Shown: positions 39,005 to 50,864 of the stretch, in pieces
Layout: each line of letters starts with the position of its first letter
Position numbering within the stretch: position 1 is the first letter of the stretch
From: Chlorobium sp.
GTDB taxonomy: Bacteria; Bacteroidota; Chlorobiia; Chlorobiales; Chlorobiaceae
Direction: 5' to 3'
Assembly: GCA_005862225.1 (NCBI GenBank)
Contig: SZXV01000006.1
Location: 18,367 to 82,366, forward strand
DNA length: 64,000 nucleotides
Position numbers and translations under genes: made by a program
The notes under the pieces: generated by a model
The model's database searches: none
What the model was told of the DNA's origin: nothing
Seen by the model: only the letters and a program-made list of their open reading frames with translations

Positions 39005-39896
39005 GTTTTCTAATCAAATTGACCTCACCAAGATCATTGTCATTCACAGTTACGGCATAGTCCTCAAATGAACGAGCGGGGCCAGAAAGAGCGTTCTTCC
39101 GTTCTATTGTAATCCGGTCAAACAGGGCATAAGCCGGTGCATTGCCAAGTGCTGTGCTGTGCTCAAAGACATACAACCCCCTTGTTGCCATCATTCCCCT
39201 TGCTGCCGAACGGTCATGCTCGAACATGTTCAGCAATGAGTCCCAGAACAGGTTGAGATCCTCTTCGGAAAAACCAGTCTGATTTGCGAGATGAGCTGAA
39301 ACAAAACCGGATGCCCGATAAAGGCCATAAGGCACCGTATATTTGCGACCCATTGTCCGATTATCTCCGCTTTGTTTTTCAGCTTCAGCTTCTGTAGCAA
39401 CTGCCATTCTGGTAATACTGTGCTCCAGTGCCACAATCGGTTCAATAGAACGAGCAAAAGTTAACTGGACAGGCCCGCGAACCTGACCTGCATTTGCACC
39501 AGTTGACATAACAGCACCAAATGTCCGAATATCATAATACTGCTTACACATTTGCGCACGGCCTTTCTCGACCTCGCCACCTTGCGCCGTACCATCCTTA
39601 TTTCTCTTCTTCCCATCTTTTTGATCTGACGGCTCTTTAGTCAAATCAATTTTTAGATCTTCATACGCTTTATCGATCAAAAGATTGAGAACACCTTTTT
39701 CTTTGATGAAAATGTTTTGCCCAGAAAGCTGGACATAGTTCCGTACCTTTCGTTTCAGACAAACATCAGTCACCAGCCCCATTCCCGTCTCAGCATCTAT
39801 GCGGGGAAGATTGCCAGCATCAGGATCACCATTAGGATTGCCATCTTTCACATCAAACAACAGGACGAAATCATACCGTTTTTCGAGATTACTCAT
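38997..39896 (-). CDS. cas7: Cas7c (Csd2)
   Basis: [41 protein letters not shown]. Confidence 0.96.
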   Translation of the reverse strand: MSNLEKRYDFVLLFDVKDGNPNGDPDAGNLPRIDAETGMGLVTDVCLKRKVRNYVQLSGQNIFIKEKGVLNLLIDKAYEDLKIDLTKEPSDQKDGKKRNKDGTAQGGEVEKGRAQMCKQYYDIRTFGAVMSTGANAGQVRGPVQLTFARSIEPIVALEHSITRMAVATEAEAEKQSGDNRTMGRKYTVPYGLYRASGFVSAHLANQTGFSEEDLNLFWDSLLNMFEHDRSAARGMMATRGLYVFEHSTALGNAPAYALFDRITIERKNALSGPARSFEDYAVTVNDNDLGEVNLIRKLG

Positions 39897-39901
39897 TGTG
39901 T

Positions 39902-41635
39902 TCACCCCTCATTTTTGTTTTCATTGTTTGAAGAACTTGTAAATAATGCCTGCCTCTGGTGGTAATATCCAATGGCAAAACGGGACTGATCTTCCATAGC
40001 CAGATGAGATGGCATTTCCGAGCCAATACCGTCAAAAATTTCAGTCAACATTCGCTCAAAGTTGATCTTTCTACCAACATTTTCAAGCTTGGCAAGATGA
40101 TGGTTTTTAAGCTTCAACAACTGCGGAAAAACTGTTACCGGTGACGATGACGCTGCACCATAGAACCTGTCACGAATTGTTGCATTCAAACCGGGATTTG
40201 CCTCTTCCTGGATTTTTTCAAGTACAGCAAAAAGACGCCCGAGACGATAACCCGGATTATTATTGGCAGTATCAAGAGCCACAGTGATCTCCTTTTCTTT
40301 GGTTGAGTGAATTCTGTAATATCGATTGAGATAAGCCTTCAGGATACCTGCCTGCATTCTGGTAACATCCCTCGTAGCCCGGATTCGACGAATGGTTTGC
40401 TGAAGCATTGTTGCCGGATAGAGCGAACCTGTCAGTACAGCCTGAACAATTTGGCCAGAAAGATTTGGCGGAACATTATCAACCTTGTTTTCCAAAGCCA
40501 TAGCAGAAAGAATCCAGAACAAAGCATAACGCCCCGTATCCTTTGGAGAACGAACAATTTTAAGGTCATCAAAATGCTGCCTGATTTTTTTGGCAAAGTC
40601 TTGAACTACTCCCTCATGCCAGAATCTTACTGAAAGACGTGCTGCATTAGGAGCAAGCCCAAGAACATAAAATCTCGTTTGAGAATCGCCGCCAGTATAA
40701 CCAGTAAAGACCCCTTCGTAAAGAGCGTTGACTGCGCGAACGTCAGCATCAGGATCATCTTTTGGGGGAAGAGCAAAAAAGGATGGGAAAAAATCTTCAA
40801 ACGCTGTAGGCTTTTGTGCCCAAAAGATGGTCGTGGCATCGCCAGCTTGAACTTTATTTTTAGAATCCTTACCAAGCAGCATATTCAGCACAGTGGTGTA
40901 AGCAAAAGCTGCAGATTCACCAATCGGCGCATTGTAATTCTGAGTTTTACCATAAGATTCAAAAGCTTTCAAATTAAACGATACCAAAGCAGCGCCTGAT
41001 GATTGAGCACCACGAACTCCCTTTATGGATGCATTAAGCCTGGCAATTGGTTCTTGAGCACCTGATACAAGGCAAATTCCAGTGCCTTCAACTTCTTGAT
41101 GCTTCAGGATATAGGGTTTCATCGTATCGCACAGGCTTGCGCTCTTTGATCCCAAAACCCTGAAGATCACATTAGCATTATTTTCATGTGCTTCTTTCCA
41201 GAGCTTATTTTCTGACTCTTGGGAGGTAATCTGTGCAATGGGATTGTGCTGAAGAAACTCAACCAATGGTGCTACAAGTGACGTTGATGTCTCTTCTGGG
41301 AATGTTTCTTGTAATCGGTTAAGAAATGCATTCTTCCGAGCATCAATGTCATTACGATCACGGGGATTTGCTCCCAGTGCATATTCAACATTGTCCCACA
41401 GCAAGTTTGCTTTAACTCCGACTGTTTTTTTCTCAGCAGCAGGCACTAAAAATACTTTTGCCCGTTTCTTTTTCCCATCCCCTTCACGAGTATCTTCAAG
41501 CGCCACAAAATTACCATCGTTATCAATAACAATCACAAAGGGGATTTCCTTCCACTCAAATCCTTCTGGCGCAATGCCACTATCAGAATCAGCCGCCTTG
41601 CGCTGATAATAGTCGTAGAGTGCCTGTAAAATCAT
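39902..41635 (-). CDS. cas8c: Cas8c (Csd1)
   Basis: [15 protein letters not shown]...[36 protein letters not shown]. Confidence 0.96.
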   Translation of the reverse strand: MILQALYDYYQRKAADSDSGIAPEGFEWKEIPFVIVIDNDGNFVALEDTREGDGKKKRAKVFLVPAAEKKTVGVKANLLWDNVEYALGANPRDRNDIDARKNAFLNRLQETFPEETSTSLVAPLVEFLQHNPIAQITSQESENKLWKEAHENNANVIFRVLGSKSASLCDTMKPYILKHQEVEGTGICLVSGAQEPIARLNASIKGVRGAQSSGAALVSFNLKAFESYGKTQNYNAPIGESAAFAYTTVLNMLLGKDSKNKVQAGDATTIFWAQKPTAFEDFFPSFFALPPKDDPDADVRAVNALYEGVFTGYTGGDSQTRFYVLGLAPNAARLSVRFWHEGVVQDFAKKIRQHFDDLKIVRSPKDTGRYALFWILSAMALENKVDNVPPNLSGQIVQAVLTGSLYPATMLQQTIRRIRATRDVTRMQAGILKAYLNRYYRIHSTKEKEITVALDTANNNPGYRLGRLFAVLEKIQEEANPGLNATIRDRFYGAASSSPVTVFPQLLKLKNHHLAKLENVGRKINFERMLTEIFDGIGSEMPSHLAMEDQSRFAIGYYHQRQALFTSSSNNENKNEG

Positions 41636-42345
41636 TTTTTCACCTCCTCACTTTCCCAAGCTGGAATTTCAATGACCCCATTTTTTAACTGGGCTCTAAA
41701 AAAAGCTGGGGCTGGACTATCTGGTTTTATTACAAAGTCGAGATCGTACAACATGAAACCGAGATCGCGAGTCTCATCAATGGCTTTTTGCTCTTGAGCT
41801 ATATCATCAATCAGCCGAAAATCACAACTGAATTCGCGACAACCGAGATAGGGTTGGTTGAAACATTGCCCTTTGCTGGCCCGTCGCTCAAACATAGCGT
41901 TGTATTTACCTGGATTCTCATCTTTTTGCCACTCATCCTTTTCGCTGTTCTCAAGCAAAGCCTCCATTACCGGACGAATAACTTTTGGTCTTGCCGGAGG
42001 AGGAATAAACTCCAGCTCAGCATGGAGTCGATAGGCCACATCTTGCAAAAAAAGTCCCGCTCGTTGTTGACGGTTATCTTCTATAAAAATACTGCGGCTT
42101 CGTTCACTGGCCGTAGTCCCGACCTCATTGCGCCGTACCGAAACCCATTTGATTGGTTTTAAAATCTCAATTTTTAGGATATGCCATTTGATGGCCGGTT
42201 TCCAGAAAATGGCCTCAAAAATCCCTCGTGCGGCTGACGGAGTAATCACGTCGTAGCTGACACGCTCAACTTTCATCTCCGGTCTTGTGAAACAGGCATA
42301 ATCTCCCTTGACTTCGAGACAGAATATTTTGTTGCAGTATTCCAT
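41632..42345 (-). CDS. cas5: Cas5c (Cas5d)
   Basis: GDYACFTRPEMKVERVSYDVITPSAARGIFEAI; PYLGCREF. Confidence 0.96.
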   Translation of the reverse strand: MEYCNKIFCLEVKGDYACFTRPEMKVERVSYDVITPSAARGIFEAIFWKPAIKWHILKIEILKPIKWVSVRRNEVGTTASERSRSIFIEDNRQQRAGLFLQDVAYRLHAELEFIPPPARPKVIRPVMEALLENSEKDEWQKDENPGKYNAMFERRASKGQCFNQPYLGCREFSCDFRLIDDIAQEQKAIDETRDLGFMLYDLDFVIKPDSPAPAFFRAQLKNGVIEIPAWESEEVKK

Positions 42346-42368
42346 AGCACGCTGCTTTTTTTGTTCAG

Positions 42369-44607
42369 TTACCAGTACAAATTTGGGGTTGCTTTGACAT
42401 CAAGACCGAATACCGGGTCATACAAATTTTTGTCAGTCTGTACCCAGATACCATTAACCTCTTCAATCATTCCGTTTTTATGCATTTCCTGCAGATCACG
42501 ATCGTAAACGTTGACTGAAAAGCGTTGCAATTTCCTCATCAAATTTCTGCTTGGGCCGATAAAACGCAATTGATTTATCAATTTTTCATTATCAGTCGTC
42601 TCCGATTGATACCGGACAATCAAGCCGTGCTGCTGTGCGTCATCAATAAGCTTGAACCGAAGCGCTGCCGTACGGAACTGAATCTTGAACTGCCGTGCAT
42701 CAGGCCCGGCAAGGAGATCCATGATCTGCTTTTTATCAAAATCATTCAGTCGGTTGAAATACAAGTAGAAGTATTGTCTGAAAGCTTCCGGCATCAGTGA
42801 TGCAGCAAGTTCAGGATAAACGCGAAACATCTCCTGCCCTGCCTGCTCTGCTTTCAGCATCACTCCTGCGGGTGGAGGCTTTGGTGGATTAAAAACAAAA
42901 ACTTCCCCCTTTTCCAATTTCCCTTCACGATTGCAGCGACCGGCGGCCTGCGCAATACTGTCAAGTCCGGTAAATGCCCTGAAAACAACAGAAAAATCAA
43001 TATCGACACCCGCTTCAAGCAGTTGTGTGCTGATCACTCGCACAACAATATTTTCTTTCAGCATTGATTTAATTCCAGTAATAACCTCACTGCGGTGTTC
43101 GGGGCACATCAGGGCTGAAAGGTGAACAGTCCCTTCGGGCATAATACCATGCAGGTCCCGACAATCGTTTCGAGTATTAACGATACACAACACTTGTTGA
43201 TATTTACGGAGCTGTTCAGCAACAGCTTGCCACTCCTGACGTTCATCTGAAGCGCCAAACATCTGAATATTCACACGCTGAAAAATCCTGAACAGATTTT
43301 CAGGGTCGGACATCAATTCCCGAACACTACCTTCGCTGAATCCTTTCAGAACATTCTGCCCTGAACCAATTCTGCCTGACAATACCGGCTGTGTTGCCGT
43401 ACAAAGCACAACAGAGGTTTTAAAATATTCTGCCAACACGTTTATAACCGAAACGATCGGTTGCAGATATTCAGTAGGCAGCATTTGCGCTTCATCAAGC
43501 ACAATCACTGAGTTGACGATGTTGTGCAGTTTTCTGCAAGCCGAGCTTTTAGAAGCAAAAAGCGACTCGAACAACTGGACATTCGTTGTGACAATAATCG
43601 GTGCATCCCAGTTTTCCGTTGCAAGTCGTGATTTTGAATCTTCTTTTTCCGAATCGAAATTACTGTGATGTTCAAGCACGGCATCATTGCCAAACACTTT
43701 TCGATAAACATCTGCCGTCTGCTCAATAATGCTGGTATAAGGAATGGCAATGATAATCCTCTTTTTGCCATGTCTGATGGCATGATTAAGGGCAAAAGCC
43801 ATTGATGAGAGGGTTTTTCCTCCACCGGTCGGCACGGTCAGCGAAAATAACCCGGATGCCAGCCCGGCGTTGTTTCTGCAATCATCCAGAATGGTTTTTC
43901 TTGCTTCATTAACCGGACTCTTTCGAGCCTCATCCTGTTTTTTATCCATGAACGAATCAAAAACAACCTTCAATTCCGCAAGGTTACATACACTTGTGCG
44001 AAGGTCAGCCTTTTCCGGACTCATAAACGACTCCGTATCAAGAAAATCGGCATCAACCAGACAGGAATAGAGCATTCTCACCCAGATATGCACGGCATCA
44101 TTATCCTTGAAAACCATTTTGCAGGGCGGTGTAGAAGGCAACGAAACATCCAGAATATCCTGTGGAGGATTACCTGACAAAGCTTTCTGTAAATTTTCAG
44201 CAACCATTAACCGACCAGAAAGAGCCCCTCCAACACCCTGCTCATGTTCCCAATCAGGTAATCCTGCATGATGCCCAGCGATGAGGTAGGCAAGTATTCG
44301 ACCAATGCTTTCATTTTTGTGAACCGCGTAAAGCGCACCAGCAGAAGAATGATCAATCTTGCCCATTATCCTCCTCGGAATAATCACCGTTGCTTCTGCG
44401 GATATATTCCTGCCACTGAGGATTGTATTTTCCAAGATCGTGTAACACACCGGCAGCTTTCGCCCAGTCTCCATTACCAAATTCATCGGCAAACAGGGCT
44501 GCTTTTTCAGCAACATGGATAAGATGATCTTTCAGGTCATGGACTTCCCATAAGCCATCAGAATTTTCCCGAAGATGGGCGACTGGTTGTATAGATTGTG
44601 CTGCCAT
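42369..44607 (-). pseudogene. cas3: Cas3 (HD nuclease-helicase) split by a frameshift inside the HD domain
   Basis: The 5' ORF has HL...LHDLGK and stops at 44353. The 3' ORF has DHS, AGHHAGL, LVDAD, PTGGGKT, DEAQ, QAAGRCNR. The span is 3n+1, and removing one G at 44362-44364 fuses them. Confidence 0.88.
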
Positions 44608-44976
44608 AAAGAAAATCAAAAAAGAAGTCAGAAATATCAATATCGCCCCAACATGATGAGCCAAAACATTAATTTTACACAATTTATTCAGAAAGCAAAG
44701 TATTTTTCTTACAGGATTTACGTATCAAGATCACATTACTGGAATATTAGCCCAAAACGACATCATATTCAGTAATCAAAAAACAGAAGAAAACAATTAA
44801 AAGCGTAGCTCGTTTTGTACATTATTAATGCTCAAAGTTGGTTTGCTTCGACTGATGCTATTACACCAATTGAGAACCATTAAGTACTTTTTTTTCATCT
44901 ATACCATTAACAACGGCTTGTTACTTTACATGCAACGTCTTGTCGGTATTTTTAATAACTCCCGGAGAAGTAACCT

Positions 44977-45552
44977 GTGGATAAACTGTTTCGCCTTGTT
45001 GATGTATCGTTGGTAACAACAATCATTTCAGGATTGCTGTACGTTTTGGGATATAACTACTATCTCTACTATTTTTCATACTTTGGCATAAACCTCCTGG
45101 TAAGGGACCCTGAAGTGGCATACATCTTTAAAAAGGGATTTGACTTCAGTGGCTATCTCTTGATGATTATTTTTCTGACTCTTCTTGTCTATATGGTTAT
45201 TGATCACAGCTTTCTTTGGATCAATAAAAAAATTTCCTCTATCACTATTCAGCAAGGCAAGTCAATGGCGTTGGCGCTCTCTTTATGCGTTTTTATGTTT
45301 GCATTTACGACCTTGCTTGATTACGTTCAGAGCTATGCCGAAGGCAATGCAAGGGTATTTGCCACAAACAGGCAAACAACCGGGCAAGCCGTCATATTTC
45401 TTCAGGATGGGAAAAAACTGCCTGGATCGTTCAGTTTTTTCTTTCTGAATAAAAGCAATGTTGTTCTTTTCAATACAGGGACGCCAATTGGAAAGAAACC
45501 AAAGCTGACCATTATTCCTTCTGCTAATGTCAGTTACCTTGAGGTCAACTAA
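44977..45552 (+). CDS. Hypothetical membrane protein divergent from cas3
   Basis: 191 aa; about 3 TM segments plus a soluble C-terminal domain; GTG start. Confidence 0.65.
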   Translation: MDKLFRLVDVSLVTTIISGLLYVLGYNYYLYYFSYFGINLLVRDPEVAYIFKKGFDFSGYLLMIIFLTLLVYMVIDHSFLWINKKISSITIQQGKSMALALSLCVFMFAFTTLLDYVQSYAEGNARVFATNRQTTGQAVIFLQDGKKLPGSFSFFFLNKSNVVLFNTGTPIGKKPKLTIIPSANVSYLEVN

Positions 45553-45625
45553 CAGAAAAGCAAGCTGCTTGCTTCGATGTTTACAAAAAAGCATGGCAAC
45601 AGGTACAACTCAATCGAAATGAAGT

Positions 45626-46078
45626 ATGGGAACTATTGAAGCGGTCTGTATCAGTACCGACAAAGGAATCGTAAAAACAGCCGTTGGCGAGATTACTCTC
45701 AGAACTAACTGGGGTATAGAGAATGATGCCCACGCGGGCAATTGGCATCGGCAGGTTTCGATTCTTGCTGGAGAGAGTATTGACAGAATGCGTGAAAAAT
45801 TGCCGGAGCTTGACCATGGCATGTTTGCTGAAAATATTGTCACCCGAGGCATTGATCTTTCGGGCCTATCTCTTGGTGACTCATTGTTCATTGGAGATGA
45901 AGTTGTGCTTGAGATTACCCAGATTGGCAAGGAGTGCCATAATGGAGGATGTGCCATACAGATGGCAACTGGGGAATGCATCATGCCGAAGGAAGGGCTT
46001 TTCTGCCGGGTAATTCAGGGTGGAATAGTCAAACCAGGAATGGCTGTCAGAAGAGTAACCGCAGTAAGTCTTCAGTGA
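45626..46078 (+). CDS. MOSC-domain protein
   Basis: GIENDAHAG.WHRQVS, FAENI, ITQIGKECH...C.MPKEGLF. Confidence 0.9.
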   Translation: MGTIEAVCISTDKGIVKTAVGEITLRTNWGIENDAHAGNWHRQVSILAGESIDRMREKLPELDHGMFAENIVTRGIDLSGLSLGDSLFIGDEVVLEITQIGKECHNGGCAIQMATGECIMPKEGLFCRVIQGGIVKPGMAVRRVTAVSLQ

Positions 46079-46189
46079 GCGCTTTAAATCCATTTGGAAT
46101 TGATCATGACAAAATGTTAAAATAAGTTTCTTGTTTGATTCTTGTAATCCACACTACCCATAAACTCTTAACTATAAGGAACATCTATT

Positions 46190-46525
46190 ATGTCTCGGTT
46201 TATTTCAGCAGCCTTTTGTGCTCTCTTTATTTTTTCAATAAGCTCAGTCGAAGCCAGTGCTGCGTATAATCCCGCTGCTGGCAAATCTGTGTACGAGACC
46301 AGTTGCACGACCTGCCACAAGGACGGTATTATGGGCGCTCCAAAAGTTGGCGATAAAGCGGTATGGGCTCCTCGCATCGCTCAAGGTGAGGCTATGCTGG
46401 TCAGCAAATCAATCAAAGGATTCACGGGTAAAAAAGGGATGATGCCAGCAAAAGGTGGAAATCCTAAACTTACCGATACGCAGGTTGGCAATGCTGTTGC
46501 ATATATGGTTAAACTGAGCAAGTAA
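46190..46525 (+). CDS. Small soluble cytochrome c (c5/c-555 family)
   Basis: Signal peptide, CTTCH, GAPKVGDKAVW, MMPAKGG. Confidence 0.9.
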   Translation: MSRFISAAFCALFIFSISSVEASAAYNPAAGKSVYETSCTTCHKDGIMGAPKVGDKAVWAPRIAQGEAMLVSKSIKGFTGKKGMMPAKGGNPKLTDTQVGNAVAYMVKLSK

Positions 46526-46550
46526 GATCCTCTTTTTCCTGAACATAAAA

Positions 46551-46569
46551 GGCGGGAGACTATCCCGCC
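46551..46569. terminator. Hairpin between convergent cytochrome genes
   Basis: ggcggga / tcccgcc stem preceded by an A-run. Confidence 0.5.
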
Positions 46570-46598
46570 ATTATGTTGCCTCTGCTGGTTGTTTTCCG

Positions 46599-47021
46599 CT
46601 ATGGATTGCTTGGCCCACGTCCCTGTCCGCCAAAACCTCTCCCCATGCCCATCGCCGGGTTGTACTGATCCCAGACCCATGCTGCGACAACGTTCAACTC
46701 TGCCGCTGAAAGCGCTACCGGGGGCATAAGACCAAATCTTGTGATTGCTTGAGGATCGATAGAATCTTCTTTTTTCGGTAATTTCAGGTATGCTGCAAGA
46801 TGATTGACCCCATCTTTTTTTGTCTTGAAACTCAGATGGTACCGAGATGCCAACGGAGTAATAGGTGGTGCCAATTTTGGAGGCGGGTTGACTGAATGGC
46901 AAGCGCTGCAGTTTTTGTTAAAAATGGTTTGGCCATCCAATGCTTTGGTCGCCGCATCTCCTGTGGAGTTAAAGATCAACCCCATGCCTATAATAATAAA
47001 GATATTTTTCATAGCTGACAT
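46599..47021 (-). CDS. Monoheme cytochrome c
   Basis: Signal peptide, CSACH, FGLMPP axial Met. Confidence 0.85.
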   Translation of the reverse strand: MSAMKNIFIIIGMGLIFNSTGDAATKALDGQTIFNKNCSACHSVNPPPKLAPPITPLASRYHLSFKTKKDGVNHLAAYLKLPKKEDSIDPQAITRFGLMPPVALSAAELNVVAAWVWDQYNPAMGMGRGFGGQGRGPSNP

Positions 47022-47151
47022 TACTTTATTTTTTTTAATAAGTTAAAAAATGACGTTCCACTCCTAACATCCAATTGAGTCATGACCTCTTTCCGCCTTG
47101 CAGACTTGATCCAGTAATAAAACCTCCTCGGAAACCTCTTTCTCCTTCTGA

Positions 47152-48498
47152 TTAAGATTTAAAAAACAATAACCATAAAAGCAGAAATATCGGCAGAAGA
47201 ATCGGGATTGAATATTTATAGGCATACTGCAAAAAATCCGGCATATCAACACCTGCCTGCAGGGCAATATTTTTAACCATAAAGTTAGGCGCATTGCCGA
47301 TGTAGGTCATAGCTCCAAAAAAGACCGATGCAAGAGAGATGGCCATCAGATAAATATCTGAGGAAACATCACCCTGAACGGAGGAATCCAGACCATCGAC
47401 AAACATTTTTATGTCTGAAGGTGAAGAAATTTTAAGTCCGAACTTTCCTAATGCGCCTGCAAAAAAATTCATGTAGGTAGGCGCGTTATCAAGAACACCT
47501 GAAAGAAGTCCGGTCATCCAGTAAAACCTTGATACAGAAAATGCGGCCGCATGAGTATGAGCGTAGGCTCCGATAAGCTCCAATGCCGGAATCATGGTTG
47601 CAAAAATACCGATAAAAAGAAAGGCAACCTCCCTGAGCGGCTCAAAATTGAATTCATTACCCTTGAGCGCCTTGTGATCAGCAGTTTTATGAGCTGCCAA
47701 AACAATACTGAACATGATCAGTTCACGAAAACCGAATGGCAGACGGAACATCTCCTGCAGACTTGGAAAACCTTCAATAACGGCCGGGTCAAGAAAAACA
47801 GCCAGAATGATCATTGCGAGATAAAAAAAGTTTTTTGCCCCTGTAATGCTGACTCCGCCTTTTATCTCAGCGCTTTGATTTGTACCGTTCCCTGCTCTTG
47901 CGTCAAGCACCAAAAATAGCAAAATGATGAGTGTTACAGTCGCTATCCAGGGAAACCAAACTTTTGAGAGTACCCAGAAAAAAGGCACCCCTTTCAAAAA
48001 TCCCAGAAAAAGCGGAGGATCTCCAACGGGAGTCAGGCCCCCACCGATATTGCTGACAATAAAAATAAAAAAGACAATATGAAACGGCTTGAGACGTCCT
48101 TGATTGATGCGCATGTAAGGTCGTATCAGCAGCATAGACGCACCAGTTGTTCCGATCAGATTGGAAAGAACCGCTCCGGTAAAAAGCAGAAGAGCGTTAA
48201 TCGACGGCTTTCCTCGTCGCTCGATTGTTATCAGAATACCGCCGGATACAACAAACAGTGATGACACCAGGGCAATAAATGACAGGTACTCTTCAAGAGT
48301 CCGCTCAAGCATTTGTGTTCCATTCTCAATAAACAAGCCATAGTAAGCTGCCACAACAATCCCGAGGCCTATGGCAATCACTGGATAGTGTCGTTCCCAG
48401 AATCGGTGAAAAAGCAGAGGCCCAAGAGCAATCATCACCAGAAGAATGACAAAAGGAGCTATGAGCCAAACCGGAGGAAGATGATCTGATAGTATCAT
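47152..48498 (-). CDS. Putative sodium:proton antiporter (IT superfamily)
   Basis: SNLIGTTGASM, GGLTPVGDPPLFLG, LDNAPTY, MTYIGNAPN. Confidence 0.82.
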   Translation of the reverse strand: MILSDHLPPVWLIAPFVILLVMIALGPLLFHRFWERHYPVIAIGLGIVVAAYYGLFIENGTQMLERTLEEYLSFIALVSSLFVVSGGILITIERRGKPSINALLLFTGAVLSNLIGTTGASMLLIRPYMRINQGRLKPFHIVFFIFIVSNIGGGLTPVGDPPLFLGFLKGVPFFWVLSKVWFPWIATVTLIILLFLVLDARAGNGTNQSAEIKGGVSITGAKNFFYLAMIILAVFLDPAVIEGFPSLQEMFRLPFGFRELIMFSIVLAAHKTADHKALKGNEFNFEPLREVAFLFIGIFATMIPALELIGAYAHTHAAAFSVSRFYWMTGLLSGVLDNAPTYMNFFAGALGKFGLKISSPSDIKMFVDGLDSSVQGDVSSDIYLMAISLASVFFGAMTYIGNAPNFMVKNIALQAGVDMPDFLQYAYKYSIPILLPIFLLLWLLFFKS

Positions 48499-48507
48499 AG
48501 CATGGTT

Positions 48508-49629
48508 TCAGTGACGCGATACTGTTCTTGCAGAAAAGCTGGCATCATGGCGGCCTTGAGGATCATTGATGTTCTTGAGTGCGCCGCCATTCTGGAGCGC
48601 AAGCTCCTCAATACGGGACTCGTCGAGAAACGATAAGAGCGAATTGTTTCTCTCAATATGACGAAGGATGAGTCTGCTGCGGGATTTTGGCTCATAACAG
48701 GCACAGAGAGGCTCAAGACGACCAGATTGAGGGTTCCTGAACGCTGTTGCGAAACGCAATGGATTTCGCTGGATAGAGAGCTGCTGGATGATCGACTCAT
48801 CAAGAAAAGGCAGATCACAGGCTGCAACCACCCATGCCGCTTCTGGTCTGGCCTGCTGGGCAGAAAGCAGGCCACCCATGGGTCCGATGCCAAGGTATGA
48901 GTCGGTGATCAGTGGAATCCCGAAATGGCGGTATGTTTCAGCCTGTTCTTCACGGCAGGAGATGAACACTTCGCGGCAGTGCTGCTGAAGAAGCGCGGCG
49001 GTATGCACCAGTTGGTTTTCGGCATGATATGCAAAAAGCGCTTTGTCACTTCCCATGCGGGAGCTGCGCCCACCGGCCAATACCAAACCGTTCAGCGGAT
49101 GCTCTTTTAATGAAGAGGTGAGCAAAAAGGTTTCAATACATGCGGCAATATCACCAATACAGTCACGATGCAGAACCGGGTAACCATATTCTGCATAAGC
49201 ATCGGACTCATCAGGGACAACCAGTCCAATGATATTGGTCAAGGCTCCTGTGCTGACAAGATCAAGTATCCTGCGTTCACTATCAACCAGCAGCAATTTT
49301 GGCAGGGGAAGTTCCTTGAGACCTTCAACCAGCAACAGATCCTCATCAGCAAAAACATGGCGTTCAAGGAGTTGAGAAGCTGAACTCTTCTCATGGCTTG
49401 TGATAACAGCTTTTGTTGCGGGATCAGAAATCATGACCGTGTGGACCCCTGCCTGACGTATAACCCAGGAGTCTTTGCCCTCACGGTCAAGATCAAACCG
49501 ATGGCAGCCATGCTTGTAATATGCAAGCGTAAATTTTGCTGACAGATGACGAACAACCCCTGCGATAAGTGTTGTTTTTCCGGAACCGGAATAGCCGCAA
49601 AAAGCTATTTCAAAAGGGTGAAAAAGCAT
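48508..49629 (-). CDS. MobB-MobA fusion (molybdopterin-guanine dinucleotide synthesis)
   Basis: N-terminal GYSGSGKTT...KHGCH..D..GKDS (MobB); C-terminal LAGGRSSRMGSDKA (MobA). Confidence 0.88.
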   Translation of the reverse strand: MLFHPFEIAFCGYSGSGKTTLIAGVVRHLSAKFTLAYYKHGCHRFDLDREGKDSWVIRQAGVHTVMISDPATKAVITSHEKSSASQLLERHVFADEDLLLVEGLKELPLPKLLLVDSERRILDLVSTGALTNIIGLVVPDESDAYAEYGYPVLHRDCIGDIAACIETFLLTSSLKEHPLNGLVLAGGRSSRMGSDKALFAYHAENQLVHTAALLQQHCREVFISCREEQAETYRHFGIPLITDSYLGIGPMGGLLSAQQARPEAAWVVAACDLPFLDESIIQQLSIQRNPLRFATAFRNPQSGRLEPLCACYEPKSRSRLILRHIERNNSLLSFLDESRIEELALQNGGALKNINDPQGRHDASFSARTVSRH

Positions 49630-49634
49630 GGCTT

Positions 49635-50864
49635 TTATGATACCAGACTTGCCCAGGGCAGCAACGTACAGGTCACCTCCGTTCCCGCAGAACGAGGAAC
49701 AGAAGAAGCTTCCGCTTCAACCAGACAGTTCGAACCAACAACCGACGTTATCATGTGAGATTCAACTTTTGGAGATACCCTGCACAGCAACTTGCCGCCT
49801 TCAATCCATACCGTTCCAAATAAAAAACGGTGACGCTTTTTATCTGTCGGAAATGGTTCAGCAAGAATGGCCTGAAAAGTATCAGGTTTATTATTTCCCT
49901 GCAACATGCCAAGCGCAGGAATACAATACTTCACAAAGCATACAAGTGCAGAAACCGGGTTCCCGGGAAGGGAAAAAACAGCTTTTCCCTCGGAAGTGGT
50001 ACCAAAATAAAGGGGTTTTCCTGGTTTTTGAGCAACATTCCAGAACTTTTTTTTCACGCCAAGCGCAGACAGCTCTTGTTGGACAAAATCATACTCTCCT
50101 GTTGAGATGCCACCTGCCGTAATGAGAATATCTGATTTATCAAGCCCTGACGCCAATGCTTCCCGTAACAATTTCCGGTCATCCGGAGCATAATAAAGTG
50201 CGACCGGCTCAACGGCAAGTGCCCGGCAGGCGGCATCAAGCATAAAGCGATTGCAGTTATAGATCTGGGCTCCTGTCACCTCTTCACCGGGCATTCGTAT
50301 CTCATCGCCAACAGTAACAATTGATACTTTGGGAGTTCTCTGTACAGCCACGGATGCAAAACCAAATGAGGCAAGAACTGCTATTTCGGACGGTTTGAGG
50401 GCATTTCCCTTACGGAGAAGTATTTCGCCCACGGCGACTTCTTCGCCACCATAACGAACGTTTCCACCTCGTTTTGGAGCACTGTAAATGTCGACATATT
50501 CTGAACCAAAACCACTGCTCTCTTCAAAAGCCACAACAGTATCAGCTCCTTCAGGCATAGGTGCGCCTGTCATAATCTCAGCACAACACCTGGAGACAAC
50601 AGGAAAAGTCGAGAAGGTACCGGCAGGAATTTTCTGGGAAACATACAATCGAACCGGAGAGTCTTCGGATGCATGACGAACATCGTCCCATTTGAGGGCA
50701 AAACCGTCCATCGCAGCATTGGTAAATCGCGGCAGTGAAAAAGGGGCTGTAATGTCCTGGGCAAGAACCCTGCCCTGAACTCCATCAAGCGGCAGCTCTT
50801 CAATGCCCAGTAGCGTCATCGACTGACTGATGAGGCTTTGTGCCTCGCGAACAGTTGTTATCAT
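49635..50864 (-). CDS. moeA: Molybdopterin molybdotransferase
   Basis: AAMDGFA, IMTGAPMP, ITAGGIS.G..D, QKPGKP, LPGNPVS. Confidence 0.93.
   Translation of the reverse strand: MITTVREAQSLISQSMTLLGIEELPLDGVQGRVLAQDITAPFSLPRFTNAAMDGFALKWDDVRHASEDSPVRLYVSQKIPAGTFSTFPVVSRCCAEIMTGAPMPEGADTVVAFEESSGFGSEYVDIYSAPKRGGNVRYGGEEVAVGEILLRKGNALKPSEIAVLASFGFASVAVQRTPKVSIVTVGDEIRMPGEEVTGAQIYNCNRFMLDAACRALAVEPVALYYAPDDRKLLREALASGLDKSDILITAGGISTGEYDFVQQELSALGVKKKFWNVAQKPGKPLYFGTTSEGKAVFSLPGNPVSALVCFVKYCIPALGMLQGNNKPDTFQAILAEPFPTDKKRHRFLFGTVWIEGGKLLCRVSPKVESHMITSVVGSNCLVEAEASSVPRSAGTEVTCTLLPWASLVS

Noticed and set aside
44976-44984. Perfect DnaA box (TGTGGATAA)
   Set aside because: It is a single copy overlapping a start codon, with no cluster and no dnaA nearby, so it is compatible with chance.
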